From the human T2T-CHM13v2.0 reference genome, Homo sapiens: a stretch of DNA of 64,000 nt. Below, one piece after another: positions 19,828 to 34,991 of this stretch (position 1 is the first letter of the stretch; every line of letters starts with the position of its first letter). The stretch lies in the NCBI RefSeq assembly GCF_009914755.1, contig NC_060937.1; one strand, 5' to 3'. The position numbers were made by a program, and so were the translations under genes. The notes below the pieces were generated by a model. The model had not been told where the DNA came from, did no database searches, and saw only the letters and a list, made by a program, of their open reading frames with translations.

Positions 19828-20826
19828 TAAGAGATCAGAATTCCAATGTTTGCCAAAAGGTTAGTCATCAAGCATAATGAAATTTGTAATTATGAGAATT
19901 AATCCACCTAGACTATTAAAATTTTGGGTGTCATAAGTAGAAAACTAAGAATAGAAGTAATACTCCTTTAATATTTATGTATTCTCAACATATTTCAACA
20001 AATAAGTATGTAAAAAGCCAAAAGAAAAAGTTAAGAAAAACTTTGGAGAATGCCTTTTTAAAATTGTATTTTTATGAACTGTAACTATTTGCCAGTGCTA
20101 TAGCTATCTCTGCAATAAAGAGCATCTTACATTTAATGTGAGTCACGTGAAAGGCCTATATCTATTTTACAAAAAATTAATTATTAATAGCCGTTTGATA
20201 AAGCTTTACCTCAAGCTAAGAAAACAGCATTCTACTTTGCAGCTTCTTTTTCTATATAAAGTTTCATTTTATTTTGTTTCTTATTAAGTTGCAGCTATTT
20301 ATCTACCATGCCCCATCTTCCTTCTGTACATTGTATATTGACAATTAGGCTATTTGTCATTCTTGCTCAAGACTGTAGAAAGCCACATAATTTTAAAAGG
20401 CTTTAAAAACCCTTCAAGATTAAAGCCTAGCAGAAAAATCCTCTCTCCATATTTGCATTTTACAATCCATAATTTACTACTGTTGCTTGCCCTCCCAGAA
20501 CACTGTTCTTTATGTACTGCTGGGAGCAATATATATAGTCCAAACTCACTATCTTTTCCTCTTTGTCTACCCAAACGTAACACCCAAGAGAAGACTCTCA
20601 TTTTCCATACTGCAGACAATGCTGACATGACCAGCAGTACAGCAGACTAGGTGCCCAACTTACGAGCTTGAAATGCCTAGGTGCATGCCATTCATGTCAA
20701 GTCAAACATACACCCCTCCCGTTTCTGATCCCTCCAGGATCTTAGTATCTGAATGAGTTGTCCTAAAGAGAAAATAATAAATAAAACATCAGACAAACTG
20801 CTTTCCATCTCTCTTGGTTCATACTA

Positions 20827-21108
<282 letters not shown>

Positions 21109-22329
21109 AGTTCATACTAATCTTTATTGTTCTGGAAACTCCCAATATATATCAACAGAATCAATTCAAGACAGAACTCTCCAAATTTTAACCATATGGA
21201 CACTCTTAATATTTCTAAAAGTAATTTGTTTCCCCTCTAAGGTTCTTTTATTTATTATTGAGGGAATAACAGAGAAGTAATTGTCTTTTCCAAACCATGA
21301 AATATACAGTGTCCAACAGTCTGCAAAATAAGAAAGCAGAAATAAAGGTCACAGGGTAGAAGGGGCACACAGGAAAATCGATTCTAGTAATATGAAGTGG
21401 GTGTCATTTAAATCATCCTGCTTTCCTCACTACTAATGAAAATCCCTGGAAGTCTATCTTACTTACGAAGTTATACAATCTTCCAAATAGCATTTTGAAT
21501 AGAGAATTGTTCTGTTTTTTGACTAAAATAAGATACAGTTCAATTTAAGGAAAACAGTCATGGTAAAATTGATGCAGCTGCCAAGAGTAGAACTTTACAT
21601 ATAAAATTAACTTTTAGAAAAATATTTAAGATTCTTTAGAGAAAGACTTACTAGCCCAGACTCAGATAATGAGTTTATAGAATCAATGTTACAAATAAAA
21701 TTGTTACCCACAAAAGTAAGATATTTTGGTCCTTCAGAGATGTTATGCAACTATTTGAATAGCATATTCTGGCAGGAACTCAACCCATTGAAAACAAATC
21801 TTCTTAAACAGTATCTTGACGACAGTCTGTCATCTCTGATTTTTTTTTTAAAAAAAAGAAAAAATCATCATAATGTGAAATTAAGGTAAAACTGAAATAA
21901 TAAGTTTTTCATAAAGTAAGCTGAATGCAGAGATAGTTTACTGGACAATTAAATGCCAGAGACCAAGTGAGATTTAATTGGCCAAAATTGACATGAAATT
22001 GATAACAAGCTCTGTTCCTCCTGTATTTGTGGTTTTGTTATTAAAAAAGAATACATTCTACTGAGTAATGTGTTGTAATAACCTATGTCTATTTTGTCTT
22101 AAGTCTCAGAAAGGTAAAACGGAGCAATTTCATTATTTATTTACTCATATCTTTCTCCTCTTCCTTGATATCTCACAAAATACTGGCTCGTAATAGTCTT
22201 TAATAAATGTACTGTATTTGCCATCTAAATTAATTATCTAGTAGTCAGCCTTTACTAGGGAGGTATAATTAGCATTTAACCCTGTTTTGCTAAAACCTTA
22301 ATTGTTATGGCCAATTTTTTCTTAGTGCC

Positions 22330-22470
22330 TACCATTTATTGTGTGTTTACTACGGGTGAGGCACCATGCTAACCACTTCATTTATATTTTCTGAGTTCAC
22401 GTCTCACAATAACCCTATGCGATAAGTAGTACTACCGATTACATTGAAACTAGAGAGGTTCAATGATCCA
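22330..22470 (-). mobile_element. MIR fragment
   Basis: accatttattgtgtgtttactacggg...tctcacaataaccctatg...gaaactagagaggttcaatga. Confidence 0.55.
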
Positions 22471-22689
22471 GAGTTAATAAGCCCCATTACTAGGATTTAA
22501 ACACTTTTCTTTTCCTGACTCTAGATGAAGTTTGGCAACAAAGTTTAGGCAGACAAAAGTAGCAACTGGAAAGGCAAGAAAAAAAGGCTCTAGGGTGTTG
22601 GGGAGAAAAAATATATTGGATGAGGATTGTGGTACCCCTATGCCTGCCTTTATGCAACTCCTTCCTCCATCAAAAAAAAGATTATCCAC

Positions 22690-23127
22690 TATCTATTGCC
22701 CCAATAGTTCGGTGTAGTGAATCATTCCAAAAATACCGTGACCTTAAAACAATAGGTATTTATTTATTTAGCTGATGAATTTACAAGTCAACAATTTGGG
22801 CAGGGTTGAGTTCAGCAGTTTTTCCAGTGTTGACTGGGCTCACTCACATCTTTGATGGTCTGCTGACTGTTGGCCAGGGCAGCAAGGCGATAAAGCCAGG
22901 TGCCTTTCTCATTCTTCAGAAGGCTGAACTGAGGAACACAGAAACAAGCAAAGGCAAACCCAAGCACACAAGCACTCTTCAAGCCTCTGCTTGTGCCATA
23001 TCTAATATCCCATTAAGCAAAGCAAGTCACATGGCTGATACAGGAGGCACAATGAAGCTACACAGCGAAGTGTTCAAATATACGGGGGTAGAAGAATTGG
23101 GCCCATTAGTAAAAGTAACCTACCAGA
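22690..23127 (-). mobile_element. MLT1-type MaLR LTR
   Basis: ccttaaaacaata...tttgggcagggtt...gggctcactcacatct...aaagcaagtcacatggc...gaagaattgggcccatt...ctacca matches antisense MLT1. Confidence 0.65.
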
Positions 23128-23302
23128 ACCTACAACTTTTAATCTTATTTCTCAAGTTTCCCTTCACCTTTGGCATTCCAAGGCTATGAATGTACAAGAA
23201 AAGTGTTAAATGATAATGATATGAAGTGATAAATACAGATGTACCCACAAAAATGACATTCTAGGACTGCCAGGACTCTGTCATCAAGGAAGCATTTATT
23301 AC

Positions 23303-23467
23303 CTTGCTATTCAAAGGTGGCAGTTGGACCAGCAGTATCAACAGCTTGCAGGATCTTGTCAGAAATTCAGAATATTGGGCCACACCCCAAACCTACTGAA
23401 TTGTGAAGTACATTTTAACAGGGTACTCTAGTGACTTGTATTAACATTAAAGTCTGAAAAAAATTGG
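23303..23467. mobile_element. MER5A (hAT-Charlie)
   Basis: ggaccagcagtatcaac...cttgtcagaaattcagaat...ccccaaacctactgaat...cattttaacag...cattaaagtctgaaaa. Confidence 0.7.
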
Positions 23468-24900
23468 TTATTAGAATTCGTATTTAGAATTCCGTTCTTG
23501 TATTTGTTCTCAATTGTATTTACTGAGGAAACAAACTAATGTAATTTGATGGATTTTTAACTGTTAAGATTGGAAACAAGAAAGAAGTTCATCTATCCAG
23601 AAAATTAAAGTAACAAAACATTTTATTTGTTGAGGCTTCTGGAGCATCGTGGTTGATCTTGTATTTTTGTGAAGTTTTGCAAAAATCTAGGTGAAGTGAT
23701 TCAGCTACTTCCCTAAGCCCAAGGGCTATGCAAACAAAAGCAGACATGGACCCTGCTCAGAAACTGATTATGTTCCTTCCCCTTCTTCCCAAACAAGAAG
23801 CTTTAAACAAAGAATTATGAGATGGGTCACAGTCTGAGATGATTCTGACTCAATGTTTTAAGGCACAGTGAGAATGTGGGTCTTTGGCAGTCTGTTGCTT
23901 TTCGCTCTGATATGAAGTCTCCATATATCTAAGAAGGTCACATCTACTCTGCCAGAATTGTTACTCATGCCTCCCTGTATTAATGTTCTACCTTCTAAGA
24001 ACACCTATTGTTTGGAATTTGGCATTGAGTATTTTAATTACTTAACTTCTTGTCATTCTGCTCAGTGGATGGTGGACACACTGAAGGGAGGGACTGTGTT
24101 TTTACTCTTTATTGTATCTCTACCCCTAATGAGAATGGGGAAAGAGGGTTCAGTGTTTATTGAATGGATAAAGGAGGCCAGAGAACAGGAACACTAATAA
24201 CCAGTAAAACAAAATGACTGTTTTGTTTCCTAGGTCCTAATAACTGAACTGAGTAAGAACCAGCTCCTATTCTTATTGTTTGATTGGTTCTGTAGTCTCC
24301 ATCAGAACTATAATTTTATTTTCTCTCAGAATATTAGCTTAGGAAGAAGCGAAATGGCTTAGCAATTTAAACAACTGAATGCACTTCAGTTGAACCTTTG
24401 AGATTGTCCTCATAATTAACAAAAGGAAATAATATAAAATGTGGGGGATTGATTCTATGAATATCAAAATTAGTCATCTTAAGGAAGTGAGGATCTAAAA
24501 GATTCCAGTGGATTGAAAGTAAAATACGGCAGTGAATATTAAGTCTTATGGAAAAGTAAATTAAAGCTAAATAGTTCCAGAATATAACTTTTATATAATG
24601 AGATGGTTGTACAGATTTCATTTTTTTCTCTCTTCATACGTAAAAAATGTCCATACTTAACTAGGGAAAGGCAACATCCTCTTAGTGGAAGTATTAGACG
24701 TTCAGGATTTCTTTATATATTTTCAATCCCTTTTGAAGTCTACCAGCAATAGGGAGCCAAAGTTGGATGAATTCTTGGAAATAATAGGAGTAATTTAAAT
24801 GTATTTCATAAGGCTTCTGCTTCTAGTGATGGCATAAAATAATGCAAATTGATTTCACTCTCATGATAAAAACAAAAAAAGATTAAATAAAATGTCATAC

Positions 24901-25045
24901 TTTTCTATGGGGTTAACAAGTAGGGGTAGATGAAAGGAAGACATGATAAACTAAATTTCAAGAGAGGAAAGGGGTTTTCTATGGGGTTATCAAGTAGGGG
25001 TAGATGAAAGGAAGACATGATAAACTAAATTTCAAGAGAGGAAAG
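24901..25045 (+). repeat. Tandem duplication, 2 x 71 bp with GGG spacer
   Basis: 24901-24971 and 24975-25045 differ at one base (ttaacaag vs ttatcaag). Confidence 0.95.
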
Positions 25046-25214
25046 CCTTCATAATCAAGATAACAGTCACGGCAGCATCTACACCTGAAATAAACAACAG
25101 ATTGGATGAAGATAGGTAAAGAAATGGAACAGCCATAAAACAGTAGATACTTCAAGAGACCTAAAAAATAGGAAGCTTTGAAAACTATGTGAGTCAGGAC
25201 GCTAAGAACACCCA

Positions 25215-26395
25215 ATGAGAAAAGGAGGGTCTCTTCAACAAATGATGTTGGAAAAACTTGATATTCACATGCAGAATAATAAAATTGTACTCTTATAACA
25301 TATAAAAAGAATCAACTTAAAATGGATTAAAGACTTAAGACGTGAAACTATAAAACTCTAGAAGAAAACGGAAAATGCTTCATGGCATTATTCTTGGCAA
25401 TGATTTCATGAATATGACACCAAAAGCACAGGCAACAGAAGCAAAAATTAACAGTGGGACTACATTAAACTAAAAAGCTTCTGCACAGCAAAGGACACAA
25501 TTGACAGAGTGAAAAGGCAACCTAGAAATTTGGAGGAAATATTTGCAAACCATATATTTAATAAGTGGTTAGTCTCCAAAATACATAAGCACCTCCTTCA
25601 ACTCAATAGCAAATAACCCAATTTTAAAACGGGCTAAGGACTTGAATTTCTCCAAAGAAGACATACAAATAGCCAACATGAATAAGAAAAAAATTGCTCA
25701 ACATCACTAGTTTTCAGAGAAATGAAAATCAAAACCACAGTGAGATATCACCTCATACCTGTTAGGATAATTATCAAAAAAAAAAAAAAAAAAAAAAAGA
25801 AAAGAAAGAAAAGGCAACATATGTTGGTGAAGATGTGGAGAATCAGAACTCTTACACACTGTTACTGGGAATACAAAATGATGCAGCCACTGTGGAAAAC
25901 AGTAAAGATGTTCTTCAAGAAATTAAAAATAGAACTACCATATTATTCAGCAATCCCACTACTGAGTATTTATCCAAAAGAATGAAATCAGGATCTTGAA
26001 GAGATATTAACACAGCCATGTTCATTGCAGCACTATTCACAATAGCCAAGATGTAAAAACAACCTAAATATCCATCTAAAGGTGAATTGATAAAGAAAAT
26101 GTGGTATATACAAACAGTGAAATGGTAATCATCCTTCAAAAAGAAGGAAATTCTGCAATATATGACAACAGAGATGAACCTGGAGGACAATACACTAAGT
26201 GCAATAAGTCAGTTACAGAAAGACAAATACTGTATGATTACACTTATATGAGGGTTCTAATACAATCAAATTTATAGAAACAAAGAGTAGAATAATGGTT
26301 GTCAGGGGCTGGGTGGAGGGACAAATGGAGAGTCACTAATTAATGGGCATAAAGATTAAGTTAATCAAGATGAATAAGCTCTAGAGATCTGCTGG
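25215..26395 (+). mobile_element. L1MA-type ORF2 3' end and partial 3' UTR
   Basis: Translated remnants (MKIKTTVRYHLIPVR, QPLWKTV, LKIELPY..AIPLLSIYPKE) with frameshifts; internal A-tract at 25776-25812. Confidence 0.85.
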
Positions 26396-26406
26396 AACCT
26401 ATTTTT

Positions 26407-26703
<297 letters not shown>

Positions 26704-27069
26704 TTATTTATTTTTATAGTGCTTTAAAAGTACTTAAAACCTAAAATTTTGTGAGTCAATAGGACGTATTAAAATGTGAAAAAGCCAAAAGTGCAAAAAT
26801 AATTTTTTATCCTGACAACTCTTCTTATATCCCCTAAATTATGCCAAGAAACAGAAAGTGGAAAATGTAATTGGTAGAGACTATTCTTACATACAGTGAC
26901 CCAATCCCTTCTGAATTCAAATGTTGGCAATATCAAGAAGCTCAATCCCTCATCACCAAGAAATATGGAAGTTGTGGGTTATGTTAACCAGAGGATAATT
27001 CAGTCTAATTTAAACTTTAGCCCAGAATAAGTTTAACTCAACTCTTGGAAGAACTATTACTGGTCAGCA

Positions 27070-29950
27070 CAGACTCAGGAGAGAAAAAAATAAAAGAGTT
27101 ATAAAAAAAATTGAAGAAATAAATTTCATTTTTTTCCCCAATTTTGGTGAGGTAAAAAAATCAGCCCACAGACACAAGATCAGCAAAACCCAAGCCAGAT
27201 AAATTCGAAGAAAATTACACCTATTTCACAACATAGTACAATGTTTGAAAACAAAAAATAAAAGAAGAAATCTAAATTAGCCTGAGAGAAGAAAAGTATA
27301 CATTTTAAAGAGGTGCCCAATGATAAGAAAGGAAGCTAACTTACCGGGAAATGTAGAAGCGGGAAAATAATGGAATGAATTTTTAATGTAAAAAACAGTA
27401 TGTACCTAGGATTGCATATATCCATCGAAAAATACTCTTCACAAATGAAGACAAAATGACACTTTTTGTTAAAAGAAGTCAAAAAGAATCGATTTGCAGA
27501 AGACTCCCTCTAGAAGAAATGCTAAGGGAAATCTTATGCTGAAAGAAAATGGTATCACATGAAAACTTGAAATTGTAGGGAAAATAAAGAGTGCTAGAAA
27601 TAGTCAATATGTAATGTAAAAACTGTATTATTTAAATTTCTTTAGTAGATATTTGACGGTTATAAAGGACTTATATCACATGTAGAGATTAAACATATGA
27701 CCATGATAGCACAAAAACTTGGGGAATAGAATTACATTTTCATAAGGTTTTTTATATTATAAATGAAGTGGTGTAATATTAATTCAAGACAGTGTGTGAT
27801 ATAGTGAGGATATGTATTGTAATTCCTAGACAGAGCCCATAAGTTTCATTGAGTTGAAAGATTGTTGGAAGATCTTTAAGTAGAGAGTTGGAACTCTCTT
27901 CTTAGTTCTTATCTTATCTACCAAGGAAGGTAGAATTGGTGAGGAGAAATACTGAAAAGTAGATCACTTCAGAAAGGACTCCTGTTAGGTGTTTGGCAGA
28001 ATACTAATCAGAGCACTCATATAAGGAAACTAGTAAAGCTGGAAAAAGGACTACCAGAAAGGAGCAGAAACAAAAATCCTGGAGTTCATTCAGAGTTAGA
28101 AGACGTTTGTTTCCCCAAAACAAAGTAGAAGGCCTAACACACAAAGCATGTAGTAAAGACCTAGACTAAAGGCTGTTGTAGATCTACCTGACAAACCTTA
28201 AAACAAGCCTCACAGTGATCTAACTAGCTTCAGGTAAGCTTAATTGTGTCCTGGGGTGAAAATTATTTTCAAAAAATACCAAAAAAGCTAACACCCTTAC
28301 AATGTAAAATTCAAAGTGTCTGATACCCAGTAAAAATTTAGTAGGCATGCAAAGAAGTTGAAAAATAAAACCCATAACCAAGATAAAAATCAGTCAACAA
28401 AAATGAACTCAGAAATCATGCAAATGATAGAATTTTTTAAAAGGACATTAAAAGAGTGATTATAGATATATTCCATCATAGGAAAAAACTAGAGCATGAT
28501 GAGAAAAGACATGGAAGATATTTTTTAAAGACCAATTTTTAACCTCTAAACAAAAAATACAGTGTCTGAGGAAAAAAATACAATGATGGCATTTACAGAA
28601 GATCAAATATTGCAGAAGAAAAATTTAGTGAGCTGGAAGATATAGCAATAGAAATTATACAAAATGAAACTTGGAAAGTAAAAAGACTGAAGAAAATAAT
28701 GAACAGAGTATCAGTGAACTATGAGACAACATCAGTCCCCCTAACATTTGTATAATTGTCCTAGAAAATAAGAGAAGGCAGAAAAAACATCTGAAGAAAC
28801 AACTGATATCTGTCAAATTTGATGAAAACTATAAACTCATAAATACAAGAGTCTCAATTAACATCAAGAAGAGGAAATATGAAGAAACCACACCAAAGCA
28901 CAACATATATCAAGTTTTTGAGCAGCAGTGAAATAGAAAACCTAGGGAAATATTTTTTGTGGCCATGGTTTAAGCAAATATTTCTTATATAAGACAAAAA
29001 AATCACCAACCATAAAGGAAAAAACAAATTAGATTTTGTCAAAATTTCAAATGTTTCCTACTCAAAAGAAAATAATTAAAAAAATGAAAAAACAAGCCAT
29101 AATATGAAAGAAATATTCATAATGCATATATCTCATAATTGTATTCAAACTATATGAAGATCTCCTACAAATCAGTAACCTATTTTTAAAAATAAGCAAA
29201 GATTTAACACTTCACCAAAGAATATATACAAATGACCACTAAGCATGTGACAAGACAATTAGTATTAGGGAAATGCAAATTAAAAGTATATTGAAATCCA
29301 CTAGTGTGGTTGAAATTAAAGAAATCAAAGAGATTGGCAAGAATGTGGAACAACCTGAATTCTCATACAACTAATTTGGAAATCAGTTTAGCAGCAGCTT
29401 CTTACAAAGATAAACACCTACCCTATTACCCAGCAGTTCCACTTTGAGTACATACTCAAGAAAAATGTGTATTCCAAAAAAGTGTGTATCCACAAAATAA
29501 CATGTATAATATTCATCGTCAATTTACTCATAATAGCTAAAATGAAAAATAACACAGATATTCATTAACAGGAATATGGATGAACAAAGCATGATACATT
29601 CATACCGTGAAGTACTCATCAGCAATAAAAGAAATGGTACACAAAACATGGATGTATCTCATCAACATAACATTAGAGAAAAAAGTCAAATATAAAGAAT
29701 ACATAGTATATAGTCCCATTTAAATAAAATTGAAAGACAGGAAAACTCAATCAATGGTCCTAGAAATCAGAATAGCGGTTGCCTGTGGTGATTGGGAAAG
29801 GTACAGTATGGACTAACTGGAAAAGAGCAAGGAGGGATTTTCCACAGGTAAGCTTCTGTATCTTGCTTTAGGTATTAGTTATACAAGTGCATATATTTGT
29901 TAAAATGTCCTGAACTTTAGGTCTGTGCATTTTATTGTTTATAAATTGAA
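27070..29950 (+). mobile_element. Block of fragmented old L1M pieces (ORF1-like, 5' region, ORF2 3' end and 3' UTR)
   Basis: Strong A bias with L1 motifs (aaatttagtgagctggaagatatagcaatagaaattatacaaaatgaa; attagggaaatgcaaattaaaa; gaaatcagaatagcggttgcc). Internal boundaries are uncertain. Confidence 0.65.
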
Positions 29951-29959
29951 GTGTTTATC

Positions 29960-30140
29960 ACCTCACTGTTTTCAAATCATATTCCCATATGTCATCTCAT
30001 TTGCGACTCTATGGAATCAGCAATGTAGCAATTATTATGGACTTTACTGATGAGGATGTTAAAGCTCGGAGAGGTAAGACTTGCTAAAGTCTCCTGAGTG
30101 CCTGCAGGTATTTGACCACTATTTCATTTTCTTTACACCA
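29960..30140 (-). mobile_element. MIR fragment
   Basis: catctcatttg...ttactgatgaggatgttaaagctcggagaggtaagacttgctaaagtc. Confidence 0.5.
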
Positions 30141-31054
30141 CATTCCTGTTTCCCCCAGCAGCAAGTGGAAGCAAAGCCACAAGTATTGAAACAGAAAAGA
30201 GTCAAAGAATTTTAAAGTGCTGAGAAGAACTTTTCTTCTGGGATAGCACTATTTGAATACTAAACATCGGCTTTGCATATCAAATGCTGTTTTGTCTCTT
30301 GGCCACTGTTCTAGAGAATGGGGAAGCTTTCCAAAGAGGGAACTGGAGAAGACCATAGAAAAAGTAGACTGTTGTTGCTAGGGGAGCAGACTTCCTTTCT
30401 GGCTTGTGGATACTCTCTTCTGCTCAGAACCATGGGGGAAAGATAAACATTTTAAATGAGCACTGAGAGTCTAGAGGGAAGCTAGAGAGACCTACATCAG
30501 AGCCAACATGAGGAGAAATAGATTGGAGAGTGGAAGCCATGGGTCAGACTAGCCAGCAGGATTGTTGATTTTCATAGCCTAGGGGTCAGCCAGAAAACAA
30601 AGGAGATAGATCTGAGATTGTGGACCAGTGGCCAGAGGTCAGGACAGAGCTCCTCACAGGAAGCTTTCTCCAGCATTGCAGGCTTGTTCTCAACACCACT
30701 ATCCATTCCCAGTCCTCTGGATGAACCTTTAGACGCACATACTTGCAGCTAAGTGAATGATTTCTTTGTTGGAGGTAATACATATTTGAAATTGATTTTA
30801 TGCATAGAACAAACTGAACTGCCCCTTACAAGATGGAGTACTTATTCAACAAGAAGGCATCCTTGTGGCATTTATCACTATTAGGTTTAAGTGCTTAAGA
30901 AACCTATATGTTGTTTCCTCATATTGTTGTTTTGATTCTTCTCAATGAAATGCAGCTTAGAACTGGCTGGGGAAAAGACATGTGCACACAGGGAGGGGGA
31001 ATAGGTGAAGAGAAGTGGTTCCTGTGATAATGAAGGACGGAAATAAATTACTCC

Positions 31055-31780
31055 AGAGGTTCTCTAGCCTGGATGCATGGTAGAGTCGTACTGTGGAGCT
31101 TTCAATAAAACGCTACCATGCCCATGCCCCATGGTCCAGAGATTCTCATTTAATTGGCTTGAGGGTATAACTGAGTATCCAATTTTTAAAAGGGAATTAA
31201 ATATTTTTCCCCTTTTCCCTTTTCCCCCACCTCCTACTTAGCTCTTTGGGAATACAATTATAACCTTTCCCTTCTCTCCAACAGACACTCCCTATACAGG
31301 CAAGCTTAACTAACTGTGTGCTTGGAAGTTCCAGAGACTGAATCTTGAAGCAAACCAGGTGCCTCTGGAACTCTCTCCCACCAGGAGATTGGCTCAGTTT
31401 ACAGCCTAGCTCTGCCTGCTATGACACCAGCCAGACCTGATAGATAAGACATTGGAAGCAAGTCACACAGACCCCTCACCTCTTTGTACCCTCCGCTGCA
31501 TGCTGTTCATGCCAACCCTCTCTTTAAAAGCCCCAGCTTTCTACCCTGAAACCGAAATGGTATCTTCAAGACAGAAGCCTATACTACTTCCCCTCTGCTA
31601 GCTCTGAAATAAAGTCACTCTTTCTACAAGACCCTACTGTTGTTAATTGAACTCTGCACGCAACAAACGACTGGATCTGCTTTTATTAACAAAGAGGACA
31701 GAGAGGGTGAGCAGACTAAACTGTTGGAAAAGCCCCACAGGTGGGTTGAATGTTCAGTCTGTGGTTGAGAACTACTGAGT
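31055..31780. mobile_element. MER5-like hAT element split by an LTR
   Basis: Left part ggttctctagcctgg...ccagagattctcatttaattgg (31058-31185); right part aaaagccccacaggtg...ggttgagaactactg (31727-31777). Confidence 0.55.
31185..31691 (+). mobile_element. Solo ERV LTR (family uncertain)
   Basis: About 500 bp with LTR layout: TATA-like tttaaaagc near 31524, AATAAA near 31608, U5-like ttgttaattgaactctgca...ttaaca ending in CA. Confidence 0.6.
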
Positions 31781-32754
31781 TAGGCAGAGGAGAAATAATA
31801 GTTTTTCAAAATTAAGTCCAATTGCAAAATTAACTCCAAATTTGGTTGGTGCCATTTTCCTAAAAAAAGAAAAGGATTTAAAGAGGTTGTCCTGCTGTCT
31901 AGTCAGTTAGAAAGTCAAAACACCAGAGAACCCAAGGCCAAAAATGATCACAGTTCAAATACAACACTGCACCACAAAGGGCTTCCTTGCTTCAGTCAGC
32001 TCCCAGCACCTCTCATTCTGTTGCCAGTTGTTATGAGAAATAAGCCTGGAGTCAGGCTGTTGACATGGGATCTCTGATTAATTTTTGCCACACATCCCAT
32101 TTCATCTTACAGAGTGCTAAACAGTAACTTTCCCACTTTGTATCACTTAAATAAGTTATCCAGCTAAGCCCTGGGTATTATACTAAAAGCACTTATTTTA
32201 TTGTTTCCTATAAAATTGCATACTTACAGTCTACTAGCAATCAAAGAAATATAAATTACAATCATACTATTTTTAGAATCACAGAGAAGATCAAAAACAA
32301 CACTCAGCATTGACAACTAACTGTAAAGAAAACAGGCTTTTTTCATACTTTGCTGCTAGAAATATAAATTTATAAAACTCTTCTGGTGGGCAAATTTTTC
32401 AATCTCAAGAGAAGCCTTAAAAGTTAAAAAAAATTTGATCCAACATTTCTCTCTGTAAATTTATCCCAAGGAACCAATTATGGAGATATATAAATATTCA
32501 TATACTATGTGGATGGTCTTGGAACCAATCTAAATATCTATTAATAAGTGACTATGTAATTAAATCTCTATGTCCATTCCATTAAAACATGTGAAATGAT
32601 GATGTAAAAGATCTTATAAAATATATATGATCAGATAAATGTTAGGTCATAAAGAAGACTGTAGAGTATAATCCCATTTTTTGTAAATACATTATATAAG
32701 CATAGTAAAAAAAGAAAGGTGCTTGACAACAAACTCATGATGGTGGTTATCTGA

Positions 32755-33222
<468 letters not shown>

Positions 33223-34991
33223 TAGTAATCGCTGATGGTTCAGTAAAATAATCTTTGTTTATCTGTATTTTTAAGATTTACAACAATTAATATGTATGAC
33301 TTTTACAATAAAAAATGCTCCAAGTAATTTTAAGTGCATGCTTATATAATCTAAAACATTTCAGGTTCTTCAAATAATTTAGCTGTTCTAACTATTATAT
33401 TTCCTTTAATGTCCCCAAATTATTTTTTAGACAATTATAAACAAAAACATAAAGCATTAACAGGCTTTTTCAGCTGAAGGGGGAAAGAATCTGGCCTTTC
33501 ACTGTGACAGTCTGTTTGGGTTTTGAGAACTGTTCTTGCCATCATACGTGGCTTTGTGACTTCAGGGCAGAAAGAAGACACTTGGATTTTGTTCTAATTA
33601 GAGACCTCCATTTTCTTGTGTGATGTGTTATTCTGTATTTTGAAGCAAAAAGAACTTTGCTAACAACTTTGTTCACTATGATTTTTATTTCTACAGTAAA
33701 TTGAGCTAGTTCTTGACAACTCACATCCTATAAGCACCAACCAACACTCTAATTACATTGTGTCTGCAAATGTTCAGGTACCACTTAGGGCAGGAATTCA
33801 CATCAAAATATTCATTTTCAAATTTCACTGTCAGAAAAAAGGAAGATATTTGAGGATTTCCAAACCTATCAACTTGAGGTGCCAGAGGCATTTCTGTGAG
33901 CAAAGCAACTGTCCTTCAACTGTAGTCTGAGAATATCATTTATATAGAAAGTTAACACTCCCTCCCGTACTTCTTCTGTGGAAGAAAAACAAGACACTTC
34001 TGCTTCTCAACTGAAAGACCCTCAGCGGCCCTCAGACCCATATGCTCTTATTAGGAGTGGCATATGTTAATTGAGAATGTTTTACAGGGGAACTTGGGCA
34101 GACAGACAAAAGATATCTAGGAAGACCCCATCCTAATACCCACAGTTGCCCAAAAGGCTATAAAATGACTCTACAAGCTTCCTGAAGGCAGGGACTACAA
34201 CTTGTTCCCCATTGTCCATACAGACAATACTTGTAGGGTAAGTGAATGAAAACTTAAATAAGTGAATGAATGAAAGGTGTTCCATGGAATTCTCCACAGA
34301 AGATCAATCTTTATAGAAAATAATTAGCACAGGATAAGAAATGGAAAAAAAGCAAAATTAAGACCACCTTAAAAGATAAATGATACTGGGTTATTTCTTA
34401 AGAATATTTTAACAGATACATAGATAGAGATAGCTTAAGGCCCTGGTGAGGAAAAGGAGAGGACTGGTTAGAGGCTGGACTTCCAGGAGCAATGGCGGAA
34501 ATCCCATCCCATTTCAATGCTTTGGTGGAGACCATGACACTCCAACGCTAGAGGAGACTCACCAACTTCAGAGGAGTCTCAGGGATCTGCCTTCTTGGTT
34601 AGCAATCTTCTACTTTCCAAAATAGGTAACTTAGAAGAGAGGGTAGACTTATGCAGAGAAGCAGCTACATTTTCATCTCTTTCTTCAGATCTGAAATATT
34701 TGAGTGGCCGAAATTCCCAAAGGGGTAGATGACTTGGGTGAGGCAAGCAGCAGTTTTAATCACTGTATCAGTTGCCTGACTCCCTTTCTGTTCCCTTTCT
34801 TCTTCATTCCTCACCTGATTCAAGATTGCATAGTTTACATTCTGAAAATGTATTGCTATATAATAAACTACACTGAAACTTAATGATTTAAACTCCATAT
34901 CATTTCATAGGGTCTTACAATTTTGTGGGTCAGAAATTCAGGCTCCACATAACATCTGCTCTCCAAAGGATGCTGTTGAGAAAATGAAAAA

